Part shown: positions 1-8,860 of the stretch, in pieces
How positions within the stretch are numbered: the first letter of the stretch is position 1
How the letters are laid out: every line of letters begins with the position of its first letter
Assembly: GCA_012797175.1 (NCBI GenBank)
Contig: JAAZPQ010000050.1
Coordinates: forward strand, 2,924 to 66,923
DNA length: 64,000 nt
DNA from: Bacillota bacterium
GTDB taxonomy: Bacteria; Bacillota; Dethiobacteria; DTU022
Direction: 5' to 3'
Notes under the pieces: model-generated
The model's database searches: none
What the model saw: only the letters and a program-made list of their open reading frames with translations
Told to the model about the DNA's origin: nothing
Position numbers and translations under genes: made by a program

Positions 1-466
1 GAAAAATCGCTCCGACTGGTTCGCCCCCTTCTTCCTGAATCGGCAGAGCCACCTGCATTACTCTTTGCTTGGAGAGCTCACTGTACTGAATACTGATACC
101 TGCTTCTCCAACAAAAGCAGCAGCCACCTCCTCGCGATCAAGGAGCTGCCCCAGAAGCCCCCCTACCCGTACCGAATCGCCGATAACGAGCCCTTTCCTG
201 TCCACAAAGATAACCCGGGCATTGGACAGGCGACCGAAATTTTCAGCCAGCCAGCTCAGCCGGACCGGGTCAACCTCTTCCTGCAGATGACCGGCCACGA
301 ATTCGCCAGCCAGTTTTCCCGAGCGGATCAGGTTGTCCTGTAAAGAATTTATATAATAGCGCTCCAGCAGTTGATCCAGAAAAAAACCGACAAAGAGCAT
401 CACTAGCAGGATCGTTAATAAAAAGGTCACCGTTAAGCGGGAACGGAAACTTTTAAACTTGAACAT
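1..466 (-). CDS. Sensor histidine kinase, N-terminal part only (gene continues past the window start); WalK/VicK-like paralog
   Basis: Minus-strand ATG at 466..464 overlaps the TAA stop of the response regulator (TAATG). Translation MFKFKSFRSRLTVTFLLTILLVMLFVGFFLDQLLERYYINSLQDNL... shows a TM segment then an extracytoplasmic region typical of WalK-type kinases. Open in frame to position 1 (frame spot-checked at 311..343). Not in the ORF track because it has no stop inside the window. Confidence 0.65.
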   Translation of the reverse strand, partial: MFKFKSFRSRLTVTFLLTILLVMLFVGFFLDQLLERYYINSLQDNLIRSGKLAGEFVAGHLQEEVDPVRLSWLAENFGRLSNARVIFVDRKGLVIGDSVRVGGLLGQLLDREEVAAAFVGEAGISIQYSELSKQRVMQVALPIQEEGGEPVGAIF

Positions 467-1161
467 TAAAGCTCCTCCCTGAATTTATAGCCGGTTCCCC
501 ACACGGTGAGAATCAATTGTGGATTGCTCGGATCCTCCTCTATTTTTTCACGAAGGTGCCTGATATGCACATCAACGGTCCGTGCATCGCCATAATAGTT
601 ATAGCCCCAAATTTGCTCCAGAAGCTGCTCCCTGGAATAGACCCGCCCGGCGTTAGACGCCAGATAACTTAAGAGGGCAAACTCTTTTGCCGTTAAGTCA
701 ATCTCCTGCTCCCCCAGGCGAACCCGGTGCTGCAAAAGATCAATCTGCAGCGAGCCAATCTGAATCTGCTTGCGCAGGCTTTCATCTTTAACGCTGCTGC
801 GCCTCAATATTGCTTTTATCCGGGCCACTAGTTCCCGTGGATTAAATGGCTTGGTCATATAATCATCGGCTCCTAGTTCCAGACCAAGAACCTTGTCGAT
901 ATCCTCACCTCTGGCCGTGAGCATGATAATCGGGATCTCTTCTTTTTTGCGAATTTCCCGGCAGACCTCAAAGCCGTCCAGTCCGGGCAACATTAAGTCA
1001 AGAATGATAATATCCGGGTTCAGGTTGAACGCTTTTTCAAGTGCTTCCTCGCCGTCAAAAGCCTCTTCGACCTGGAATCCTTCTTTCTCCAGGTTGAATT
1101 TTAGTGCCTTTACCAAAGTTTTTTCATCGTCAACGAGAAGAACTGTTTTTTTACCGGACAT
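466..1161 (-). CDS. OmpR/PhoB-family response regulator (WalR/YycF-like paralog)
   Basis: 231 aa; receiver domain LLVDDE...DLMLPGLDG...ADDYMTKPF and a winged-helix C-terminus (WGY..YGD.RTVDVHI..LR.K); about 60% identical by eye to the second WalR-like ORF at 41921. Confidence 0.9.
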   Translation of the reverse strand: MSGKKTVLLVDDEKTLVKALKFNLEKEGFQVEEAFDGEEALEKAFNLNPDIIILDLMLPGLDGFEVCREIRKKEEIPIIMLTARGEDIDKVLGLELGADDYMTKPFNPRELVARIKAILRRSSVKDESLRKQIQIGSLQIDLLQHRVRLGEQEIDLTAKEFALLSYLASNAGRVYSREQLLEQIWGYNYYGDARTVDVHIRHLREKIEEDPSNPQLILTVWGTGYKFREEL

Positions 1162-1168
1162 AAACTGC

Positions 1169-1807
1169 TTAACCTCCGCTGGTAATCTGCTGATAACAAA
1201 AGGCTATCTCTTTAAAGTCTTCCCAAACCGGTCTTTTTTTGCTGCTATCACGCAGCAGCGCCGCCGGATGGAATGTCGGCATATAGCGGCGACCTTCTAT
1301 TTCATACCAGCGCCCCCGCAGGCGAGTGAGAGTATCTTTGCTACCGATCATGGTCCGCGTAGCCAAAGCTCCAAGACAGACAATTAAGGGCGGGTCAATC
1401 AGGCGGATCTGCTCTTTGAGGTGAGGAAGACAGCGGGCCACCTCGTCAGTGTCGGGAAGACGGTTCCGCGGCGGGCGGCACTTGACCACGTTGGTGATAT
1501 AAAGCTCGTCCCGGTTCAGGCCTGCCGCCTCCAGGATACGATCGAGCAGCTTGCCTGCCGCTCCTATAAAGGGTTTTCCTAAACGGTCCTCATCTGCACC
1601 GGGCCCTTCACCCACCAGCATCAGCCTGGCGCGCGGGCTGCCATCCCCAAAGACAACCTGGCGGCAACCGCTTCTCAGGGTGCAAAGATTGCAGGTCCGG
1701 CAGGCTTCCTCCAGCGCCGCTAATTGCGTTTCTGCCACCCGAGGCCTGTCTGAACCTTCTTTTTTTTCCAGATAGTCAAAGAGCGACTGCTGGCGGTTCG
1801 ACTCCAA
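1169..1807 (-). CDS. Uracil-DNA glycosylase, family 4 (4Fe-4S type)
   Basis: 212 aa; motifs GEGPGADEDRLGKPFIGAAGKLL and HPAALLR, Cys cluster CRTCNLC...C. Confidence 0.85.
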   Translation of the reverse strand: MESNRQQSLFDYLEKKEGSDRPRVAETQLAALEEACRTCNLCTLRSGCRQVVFGDGSPRARLMLVGEGPGADEDRLGKPFIGAAGKLLDRILEAAGLNRDELYITNVVKCRPPRNRLPDTDEVARCLPHLKEQIRLIDPPLIVCLGALATRTMIGSKDTLTRLRGRWYEIEGRRYMPTFHPAALLRDSSKKRPVWEDFKEIAFCYQQITSGG

Positions 1808-1861
1808 AGGCTCTCACCTCGCTATGTAATTCCACACCACCCAGCTCTCTTCCTGCCCCAA

Positions 1862-3013
1862 TCAGCCGGCCCGGATTACCCTTTCAGCCGCACTGACAGC
1901 ACAGCCCGGTTCCACCGGATAACCGAGAGCCTGCAGTGAAAGCTCCAGAGCAGCGATCCCGGCCACCAGGTCAAGCTCGGTCACCGCTCCCAGGTGGCCA
2001 AAACGAAAGACCTGTCCTTCCAGAGGCCCCTGTCCGCCGGCGATCTCTACACCGAAGCGGTTTCTCATAACCTCGCGAAGTTGATCTACGTTTACCTGCG
2101 GAGGCTTCATTACCGCCGTCACGGTAGGCGAGGCATAACGCTCTTCTTTCACCAGTAACTCCAATCTTAGGGCCCGTGCCGCCGCCCGTATCGCCGCAGC
2201 CATGCGCCTGTGCCGGGCATAATGGCTTTCCTGCACTTCGGTAAAATAGATCCGTAGCCCCTCTTGCAGAGCGACACACTGTGGCAGGGCGGGGGTAAAG
2301 GGTGTTTGCCCCTTTTCCAAATATTCCTGCGCTTTCGAAAGATCAAAATAAAATTTTGGCATCTTGGATCTTGCTGCCGCCTCCCAGGCCCTCTCGCTGG
2401 CACTAATGAAGGAGAGCCCTGGGGGAAGAAGCAGCGCCTTCTGTGATCCGGTGAAGCAGACATCCACACCCAGGCGATCTACCGGCAGCTCGACTGCCCC
2501 CATCGAGCTGACCGTATCAACAATAAGTAACGCCGGATGATCTCCGCGAATCCGGCTGATCATTTCAAGATCATTGATCATCCCGGTAGAAGATTCGTTG
2601 TGCACTACCGTGATCGCACGGATGGCCTGCTCCGTATCTTTCTTCAGCTTCGCTTCAAGGCCACGGTAATCGAGCGGCTGCCCCCATGCCGTCTCCATCC
2701 GCTCCACTTCAGCCCCGTAAATGGCGGCAATAGAGGCAAGGCGATCTCCAAAAGAGCCGTTTACCAGTGAAATAACCTTCTCCCCTGGGGAAAGAAAGTT
2801 GACAATAGCCGCCTCCATAGCCCCGGTCCCGGAAGCGGTGAGAATAAAAAGGCGCCCCTCGGTTTGAAAAACCCGCTTCAGGGAAGCGGTTAATTCTGTA
2901 ATAAGCTCTTTAAAGCGGGGCCCGCGGTGGTTGAACATTTTCGTAGACATGGCCTGAGCCACCGTATGGGGAATCGGAGCCGGGCCGGGAATTAGCAGAT
3001 AGTTCTCTTTCAT
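1862..3013 (-). CDS. Class V aminotransferase (serine-pyruvate/alanine-glyoxylate aminotransferase family)
   Basis: Track ORF 1862..3163, but the conserved N-terminus MKENYLLIPGPAPIPHTV begins at the internal ATG 3013..3011, preceded by an AGAGGTG RBS; PLP-lysine region TGSQKAL. The longer ORF would overlap ddl. Confidence 0.8.
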   Translation of the reverse strand: MKENYLLIPGPAPIPHTVAQAMSTKMFNHRGPRFKELITELTASLKRVFQTEGRLFILTASGTGAMEAAIVNFLSPGEKVISLVNGSFGDRLASIAAIYGAEVERMETAWGQPLDYRGLEAKLKKDTEQAIRAITVVHNESSTGMINDLEMISRIRGDHPALLIVDTVSSMGAVELPVDRLGVDVCFTGSQKALLLPPGLSFISASERAWEAAARSKMPKFYFDLSKAQEYLEKGQTPFTPALPQCVALQEGLRIYFTEVQESHYARHRRMAAAIRAAARALRLELLVKEERYASPTVTAVMKPPQVNVDQLREVMRNRFGVEIAGGQGPLEGQVFRFGHLGAVTELDLVAGIAALELSLQALGYPVEPGCAVSAAERVIRAG

Positions 3014-3054
3014 TTCTTTAGCACACCTCTTTATAGTTATTGTTAGTGTAATTT

Positions 3055-4161
3055 CTATTCCGGTGGGGCTGTAAGCAGCTCCCGACGGCGGGCAAAGCGA
3101 TCTTCGGCCAGCTTCATTAGCCGGCCGACCAGCTCCCGGTAGCCAACCCCGCTTACTTCCCACAGTTTCGGATACATGCTAATATCGGTAAACCCGGGCA
3201 TGGTGTTGATCTCATTAATGAAAATCGCACTGCTCTGCTCATCGACAAAGAAATCGACCCGGGCCAGCCCGCTGGCCTCCACGGCGGTAAAGGCCTGACA
3301 GGCCAGCTCCCTAACTTTCTCTTCAAGAGCTGGTTTTAACTCCGCCGGGTAGATTAACTCGGAGCGCTCGTCAAGGTACTTCGCTGTATAATCGTAAAAT
3401 TCATTACAGGGAATAATCTCGCCGGGCCTGGAGGCGCGGGGCTCCAGGTCTCCCAAGACGCTACATTCAATCTCTTTCCCCTTAAGCAGGGCCTCAACGA
3501 TCACCTTGTCATCGTAGAGCAAGGCCTCGTCAATAGCTGGCCCCAGTTCCTCAACCCGGTTAACCTTAGAAATGCCGATGCTAGAGCCGAGGTTGGCCGG
3601 TTTGACAAAACAGGGTAGCTTTAACACGCTGCAGATCTGCTCGATCCAGCGTGATGGCTCTTTTTGCCACTCTCGGCGGTTAAAATAAAGGTAAGGACCA
3701 ACCGGAAGATCATGTTGCTGAAATAGAATTTTCATAACCGCCTTATCCATGGCCACTGCCGACGAGAGCACCCCCGAGCCCACATAAGGAATCCCGGTCA
3801 ACTCAAAGAGCCCCTGGACGGTTCCATCTTCACCGTAGGGGCCGTGTAAAACCGGAAAGATCAGGTCAAGCCCGACAAAACTCCAGGACGAACTCCCCTG
3901 CCGCTCTTCAACGAGCAGACCTGGCTGCCGCGGGTCGGTAAAGATGGCCGCCCGGGGAGCACCACGCAGATCGCGCTGTTCCCAAAGTAGATCCCAGATC
4001 CGGTCACCGGTCAGCCAGGTCCCATCCCGGCTAATCCCTACCGGAATGATTGTATAGCGCTCCCGATCGATCGCTTCCATAATCGAGCGGGCAGATTTTA
4101 GTGAAACAATATGTTCACCGGAGCGCCCTCCAAAGATTACGGCAACTTTTTTCCGTTTCAT
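3055..4161 (-). CDS. ddl: D-alanine--D-alanine ligase
   Basis: 368 aa; N-terminus KVAVIFGGRSGEHIVSLKSA; ATP-grasp core; typical Ddl length. Confidence 0.9.
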   Translation of the reverse strand: MKRKKVAVIFGGRSGEHIVSLKSARSIMEAIDRERYTIIPVGISRDGTWLTGDRIWDLLWEQRDLRGAPRAAIFTDPRQPGLLVEERQGSSSWSFVGLDLIFPVLHGPYGEDGTVQGLFELTGIPYVGSGVLSSAVAMDKAVMKILFQQHDLPVGPYLYFNRREWQKEPSRWIEQICSVLKLPCFVKPANLGSSIGISKVNRVEELGPAIDEALLYDDKVIVEALLKGKEIECSVLGDLEPRASRPGEIIPCNEFYDYTAKYLDERSELIYPAELKPALEEKVRELACQAFTAVEASGLARVDFFVDEQSSAIFINEINTMPGFTDISMYPKLWEVSGVGYRELVGRLMKLAEDRFARRRELLTAPPE

Positions 4162-4314
4162 GGTGACACCCCTTTACTTTTTTTCGCTGTGCAGAAGAAT
4201 AAATCAAGAGAAATTTTATTTTTCATTATATCACTAAACCACAACCGGCAGTAGTTGATTTATGAAGAAGCGACCGAAGTGGCCGCAATTCACGCCAGTG
4301 CCACTGGTTTTTTG

Positions 4315-4343
4315 TTGCCAGCCCCAAAAAACATTGCTATAAT
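4315..4343 (+). promoter_or_regulatory. Sigma-A-type promoter (TTGCCA-17 nt-TATAAT) upstream of the ATP-grasp gene
   Basis: Seen directly: TTGCCA at 4315..4320, 17-nt spacer, TATAAT at 4338..4343, inside an AT-rich 246-nt divergent intergenic region. Confidence 0.5.
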
Positions 4344-4407
4344 TGATGAGAAAAAAAGGCTAGCCTAAGGTAGGGCTGATTTTGTATTATATTATATAAT
4401 TTAACTT

Positions 4408-5724
4408 GTGGTGAGTGACTTGAGCAAAGAAAAGAGCTCTTCGAAAAATAATCACCTGTTTTTATGTGGTCGGGATTTAGATTTTGTCCCCCTGCTGTTT
4501 GGCAGCGATATCAATGTCTACTCTTTGGCGCGGGCATTTCACGAAAAATACGGTCTCCATTCTACCGTGTGGGGAAAATATGCTACCGGCCCTTGCTATA
4601 ACAGTGACATTATTACCTTCTACGCCTGCGAACAAAATGATCTACCGGAGTACTTTATGCAGCATGTGTGGGATTTTGCAAAACAACACCGCGATAAAAA
4701 GGTTTTACTCATTGGCTGTGGAGACAACTACGTTAAGCTCTGCTGTGATCATCTAGGTAATTACCCGGAGAACGTAATCGCTCCTTACCCTGACCGGGAA
4801 CTGGTCCATACTCTTTTCCATAAGGAACGATTTTACCGGCTCTGCGAGCACCACGGTATCGCTTATCCGAAAACCTTTATCTACCGCCGGGAAATGGGTG
4901 CTAACTTTAGCCTACCCTTTAAACCACCTTATATTCTTAAGCCATCTAATCCGATCATGTACTGGCAATGTTCCTATCCGGCACAGAAAAAGGTCTACCG
5001 GCTTGAGGACAGGGCCGGGTTAGAAAAGATACTGGACCAAATTTACGCTGCGGGTTACACCGATTCCATGGTTATCCAGGATTTTATTCCCGGTGATGAT
5101 ACCTATATGCGTGTGATGACCGGCTATTCCAATAAAGAGGCCCGGGTTGAACTGATGGCCCTAGGGCATGTTCTCCTCGAAGAACATACTCCGCAGGGTA
5201 TTGGCAACCATGCCGTAATCATTAACGAGTTTAATGAGGCGCTGGCTTACAAGTTAAAGAAATTTCTTGAAACAATTCGTTTTGTCGGATTCTCCAATTT
5301 TGATCTAAAATATGACCAACGAGACGGTAAGTTCAAGGTACTAGAGCTTAATGTCCGCCAGGGGCGGAGTAATTACTATGTGACCGGCTCGGGACATAAT
5401 CTCGCCGAATATGTCGTCAACGACTATATTTTTGATAAGCCTACCGGGTTCACGATAGTAAATGAGAAATATTTATGGAGCGTAGTGCCAAAAAGGGTTA
5501 TGTTTAGTTATATTCAGCCGCAATCATACAGGGATGAGATGAAAATGCTGATTAATGAAGGTCGGGTAAACAACCCTCTTTATTATGCCGCGGATCTAAA
5601 GTTTAAGCGTCGCCTCTCTCTTTTTAAATCGCAACTGGGCCATATCTATAAATACCGCAAATACATGGGTAACAACACTCCCTTAAACCCAGCCTCTTTA
5701 GATTCAGAACCATGCGGGCAGTAA
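4408..5724 (+). CDS. ATP-grasp carboxylate-amine ligase, resembles D-aspartate ligase (Asl) family; start codon uncertain (GTG 4408 / TTG 4420)
   Basis: 438 aa; pre-ATP-grasp N-terminus (LLFGSDINVYSLARAFHEKYG) and ATP-grasp core; GC roughly 42% against about 55% locally; immediately followed by an aspartate racemase; on the opposite strand to all neighbouring genes. Confidence 0.55.
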   Translation: MVSDLSKEKSSSKNNHLFLCGRDLDFVPLLFGSDINVYSLARAFHEKYGLHSTVWGKYATGPCYNSDIITFYACEQNDLPEYFMQHVWDFAKQHRDKKVLLIGCGDNYVKLCCDHLGNYPENVIAPYPDRELVHTLFHKERFYRLCEHHGIAYPKTFIYRREMGANFSLPFKPPYILKPSNPIMYWQCSYPAQKKVYRLEDRAGLEKILDQIYAAGYTDSMVIQDFIPGDDTYMRVMTGYSNKEARVELMALGHVLLEEHTPQGIGNHAVIINEFNEALAYKLKKFLETIRFVGFSNFDLKYDQRDGKFKVLELNVRQGRSNYYVTGSGHNLAEYVVNDYIFDKPTGFTIVNEKYLWSVVPKRVMFSYIQPQSYRDEMKMLINEGRVNNPLYYAADLKFKRRLSLFKSQLGHIYKYRKYMGNNTPLNPASLDSEPCGQ

Positions 5725-5741
5725 ATGCAAAATGAAAAGAG

Positions 5742-6470
5742 ATGACTTTAGCAGTGAAAGGAAAGCAACAAGAATGCCTAGGTGTAATCGGCGGGATGGG
5801 ACCCCAAGCCACCCAGCTTTTTCTCCAGGGTGTGATCAACAAAACAGACGCCACCTGTGATCAGCAACATATTCCGATGATTATTCTTAATCATACCACC
5901 ATCCCGGACCGGACCAGGGCCATCCTTTCCGGCAAAGAGGCTGAGCTGATGGAGATATTGCTAAAAGATGCAAAAATGTTAGAACAAAGCGGCTGTACTG
6001 CTATCGCCATCCCTTGCAACACCTCTCATTGTTTTGTAGACAAGATCCAGAAGCAGATCGGCATCCCGATCATTCATATGGTCCGGGAGACGGTAAATCA
6101 TCTTGCCAGGGCCAAGCCCGGCCTCAACAAGCTGGCCATTTTAGCTACTGACGGCACTATCCAGGCAGGTGTTTACCAGAGAGAATGTGAAGATAAGGGG
6201 ATCCGGGCTTATATCCCTTCTCCGGCGAAACAGGCTCTGTTAATGGAGATCATCTACCGGGAAATAAAACAAGGAAAGCCGGGAAGCTTAGCCAGTTTTC
6301 TGGAAGTAGAGCAAGAGATTAAACGTGAGGGCTGCGAAGCAGCCATCCTGGCCTGCACTGAGCTGTCCTGCTTTGCCCGGCAATACCCTCTAACCGGTTT
6401 TTACGTTGACGCCATGGATGTTCTAATCGACAAAACGGTACAGCTATACGGAAAAGAAAAGGCGAAATAA
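5742..6470 (+). CDS. Aspartate racemase (Asp/Glu/hydantoin racemase family)
   Basis: 242 aa; GGMGPQAT motif; both catalytic Cys contexts present (IPCNTSH and LACTELS). Confidence 0.8.
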   Translation: MTLAVKGKQQECLGVIGGMGPQATQLFLQGVINKTDATCDQQHIPMIILNHTTIPDRTRAILSGKEAELMEILLKDAKMLEQSGCTAIAIPCNTSHCFVDKIQKQIGIPIIHMVRETVNHLARAKPGLNKLAILATDGTIQAGVYQRECEDKGIRAYIPSPAKQALLMEIIYREIKQGKPGSLASFLEVEQEIKREGCEAAILACTELSCFARQYPLTGFYVDAMDVLIDKTVQLYGKEKAK

Positions 6471-6541
6471 TGTGGGATGCTCATCCCCTGTTGCCTTTAC
6501 CGGGTTTTACCGGTAACAGTTAGAAATTCCGGCAGGATTAA

Positions 6542-6563
6542 AACAGCGGAGGTCTCCGCTGTT
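6542..6563. terminator. Perfect 10-bp stem/2-nt loop hairpin between convergent racemase and EF-G2 genes (possible bidirectional terminator)
   Basis: AACAGCGGAG-GT-CTCCGCTGTT seen directly; lies between a + strand and a - strand gene end. Confidence 0.4.
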
Positions 6564-6601
6564 ACTGGGAGCCTCCGCTACTACTGCCTCTTTTATAAAG
6601 G

Positions 6602-8686
6602 CTATTCTTTCTTCTTTTCGGCGTTTGCCTCGGCGATAATCTGCTCTGCTACCTGATGCGGCACCTCTTCATAGCGAGAGAAGGCCATCGTAAAATAGCC
6701 GCGCCCCTGGGTCATCGAGCGTAGATCAATGGAATACCTGAACATTTCGGCCATGGGAACCTGGGCGCGAATTTTTTGCAGGCTACCGGCTGAATCGACA
6801 CCTTGAATCCGCCCTCGCCGGCCGTTTAAATCACCCATAATATCACCCATGAAAGCATCAGGAACGATAACCTCCACATTCATTACCGGTTCAAGCAAAA
6901 CCGGTTGGGACTGTTCCATCCCCTTGCGAAAAGCCATCGCCGCGGCAATTTTAAAGGCCATTTCAGAAGAGTCTACCGTATGGTAAGAACCGTCTACCAG
7001 GCTTACCTTGATATCAACCACCGGGTAGCCGGCGAGAACACCCTCTTCCATGGCCTCGCGAACTCCTTTTTCTACCGCGGGGATATACTGCTTCGGGACT
7101 ACGCCACCAAAAATTTTATCTTCAAAAAGAAAACCTTCGCCTGCCGGTAGCGGCTCCAGCTCCAAGAAGACATGTCCGTATTGACCTCTTCCCCCGGTCT
7201 GTTTTTTATGCTTTCCCTCGACCTTGGTTCGGCCTTTAATCGTCTCCTTGTAGGGTACTTTCGGCGTGGACAGATCAACCTCTACCCCGAATTTTTGGGC
7301 CAAGCGGCTAACGATAATTTCGAGATGCAGCTCTCCCAAACCAGAGATTACGGTCTCGCGTGTTTCTGCACGACGTTCTAAACGAAATGTGGGATCTTCC
7401 TCGAGAAAACGGGACAGCCCGCTGCTGACCTTCTCCTCGTCCCCTTTTGTCCGGGGCTCCACCGCAAAAGAGATCACCGGTTCGGGAAATTCGATCGGCG
7501 GAAACTGGAACGGGCTACTGCGATCGCAAAGCGTATCGCCGGTGGTCGTATGCTGCAGTTTAGCCACGGCAGCGATATCGCCGGCCACTACCTGTTCCAT
7601 CGAAATCTGGTTCTTCCCGCGCATGGAGAAAATTTGCCCGATTCGCTCGTTCTTAGCCTTGTTTACATTGTAGACCTGCGAGTCGGGACTGAGAACCCCG
7701 GAATAAACCCGAAAATAGTTAATCCGCCCGACATAGGGATCGGCCAGAGTTTTATAAACCAGGGCCGTAAAAGGTTCTTCCGTTGAAGGAAGGCGGGTAA
7801 TTTTCTCCCCGCTTTCCGGAAGGATCCCGCTGAGCTCTCCACGTTCAAGGGGCGAAGGAAGAAAACTCTTCATAAAATCAAGCAGGGGCCCGCTGCCAAA
7901 ATTCCTGGTGGCAGAACCACAGAGTACCGGGGTAATCTTTCTTTCGAGAATACCGCGGCGCAGACTCTGCTTAATCTCCTCCACCTCCAGCATTTCGCCT
8001 TCAAGATATTTAAGCAACAGATCGTCGTCCGTCTCAGCTACTGCTTCGATTAACTTCTCCCGCATGGCCTCGGCCTGCTCGCGCAGCTCCGCTGGAATCT
8101 CTTGTTCTTCTACTGTTTTTTCTCCATCAGAGAAAAGAAGCGCTTTCTCTTCAATAAGGTCAATTACCCCTTTAAAATCATCCTCTTTACCGATGGGCAT
8201 CTGGACGGGCACAACATTTAAACCAAAATGTTCCTGCAACTGAGCTATGGTGCCGGTAAAGTCAGCGTTTTCCCGGTCCAGCTTGTTGATCAAAACAAGA
8301 CGGGGTAGGCTAAAATCATCGGCATATTGCCATACCTTTTCGGTGCCAACCTCAACCCCGGAAACAGCACAGACTACCACTGCGCTACAATCAGCTACGC
8401 GGAGAGCTCCGATCAGGTCTCCGATAAAATCAAAGTAACCGGGCGTATCCAAAAGATTAATCTTAACACCATCCCATTCCAGGGGGGCCAGACCCACGTT
8501 GATGGTAACCTGTCTCTTGATCTCATCCGGATCATAGTCAGTAGTTGTCGTTCCCGTTTCAATGGTTCCAAGCCGGTTGATCGCCCCGCTGGTGAAAAGA
8601 AGTGCTTCGGCAAGAGAGGTCTTCCCGGCGCTGCCGTGGGAAATTAAAGCAATGTTGCGGATTGCTTCACTGGAATAACTTTTCAT
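6602..8686 (-). CDS. Elongation factor G paralog (EF-G2-like translational GTPase)
   Basis: 694 aa; G1-G4 motifs (AHGSAGKTSL, DTPGYFDF, NKLD); EF-G-specific G' insertion and domains III-V present. Not a Tet(M)-type ribosomal protection protein, which is shorter and lacks G'. Confidence 0.85.
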   Translation of the reverse strand: MKSYSSEAIRNIALISHGSAGKTSLAEALLFTSGAINRLGTIETGTTTTDYDPDEIKRQVTINVGLAPLEWDGVKINLLDTPGYFDFIGDLIGALRVADCSAVVVCAVSGVEVGTEKVWQYADDFSLPRLVLINKLDRENADFTGTIAQLQEHFGLNVVPVQMPIGKEDDFKGVIDLIEEKALLFSDGEKTVEEQEIPAELREQAEAMREKLIEAVAETDDDLLLKYLEGEMLEVEEIKQSLRRGILERKITPVLCGSATRNFGSGPLLDFMKSFLPSPLERGELSGILPESGEKITRLPSTEEPFTALVYKTLADPYVGRINYFRVYSGVLSPDSQVYNVNKAKNERIGQIFSMRGKNQISMEQVVAGDIAAVAKLQHTTTGDTLCDRSSPFQFPPIEFPEPVISFAVEPRTKGDEEKVSSGLSRFLEEDPTFRLERRAETRETVISGLGELHLEIIVSRLAQKFGVEVDLSTPKVPYKETIKGRTKVEGKHKKQTGGRGQYGHVFLELEPLPAGEGFLFEDKIFGGVVPKQYIPAVEKGVREAMEEGVLAGYPVVDIKVSLVDGSYHTVDSSEMAFKIAAAMAFRKGMEQSQPVLLEPVMNVEVIVPDAFMGDIMGDLNGRRGRIQGVDSAGSLQKIRAQVPMAEMFRYSIDLRSMTQGRGYFTMAFSRYEEVPHQVAEQIIAEANAEKKKE

Positions 8687-8860
8687 TCATAATCGCCTCC
8701 TCCGTGCTGCCGCGCAGCCGGTATCGTCAATATAAATATTTACTCCCGGCCTCCGGGCTGGCCGGGAATGTTCCCGGACTGTTTTACATGTATGGTCATA
8801 TTATAGCTGATCAAAATGAAATTGAAAATAGCGGGCTTTTACTGATGCCGCTAACGCCTG

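Noticed and set aside
65-343. 92-aa plus-strand ORF at the window start
   Set aside because: Antisense shadow of the minus-strand histidine-kinase gene whose ATG at 466 is coupled to the response regulator stop; no RBS and no recognisable family.
893-1775. Plus-strand ORFs (893..1387, 1551..1775) overlapping the response regulator and UDG genes
   Set aside because: Low-complexity Ser/Pro/Arg-rich translations opposite well-supported genes; typical GC-rich antisense ORFs.
3014-3163. 50-codon N-terminal extension of the aminotransferase ORF
   Set aside because: It would overlap ddl by about 100 nt, and the conserved protein starts at the internal ATG 3013 with a good RBS.
6602-8686. Tet(M)/Tet(O)-type ribosomal protection protein reading of the EF-G-like gene
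   Set aside because: Full G' insertion and 694-aa length match EF-G proper or its EF-G2 paralogs; ribosomal protection proteins are about 640 aa and lack G'.
8761-8776. GC-rich palindrome CCGGGAA-TG-TTCCCGG between the carboxyltransferase and EF-G2 genes
   Set aside because: No adjacent T/A-run in the minus-strand orientation for a terminator, and too short to assign a function.
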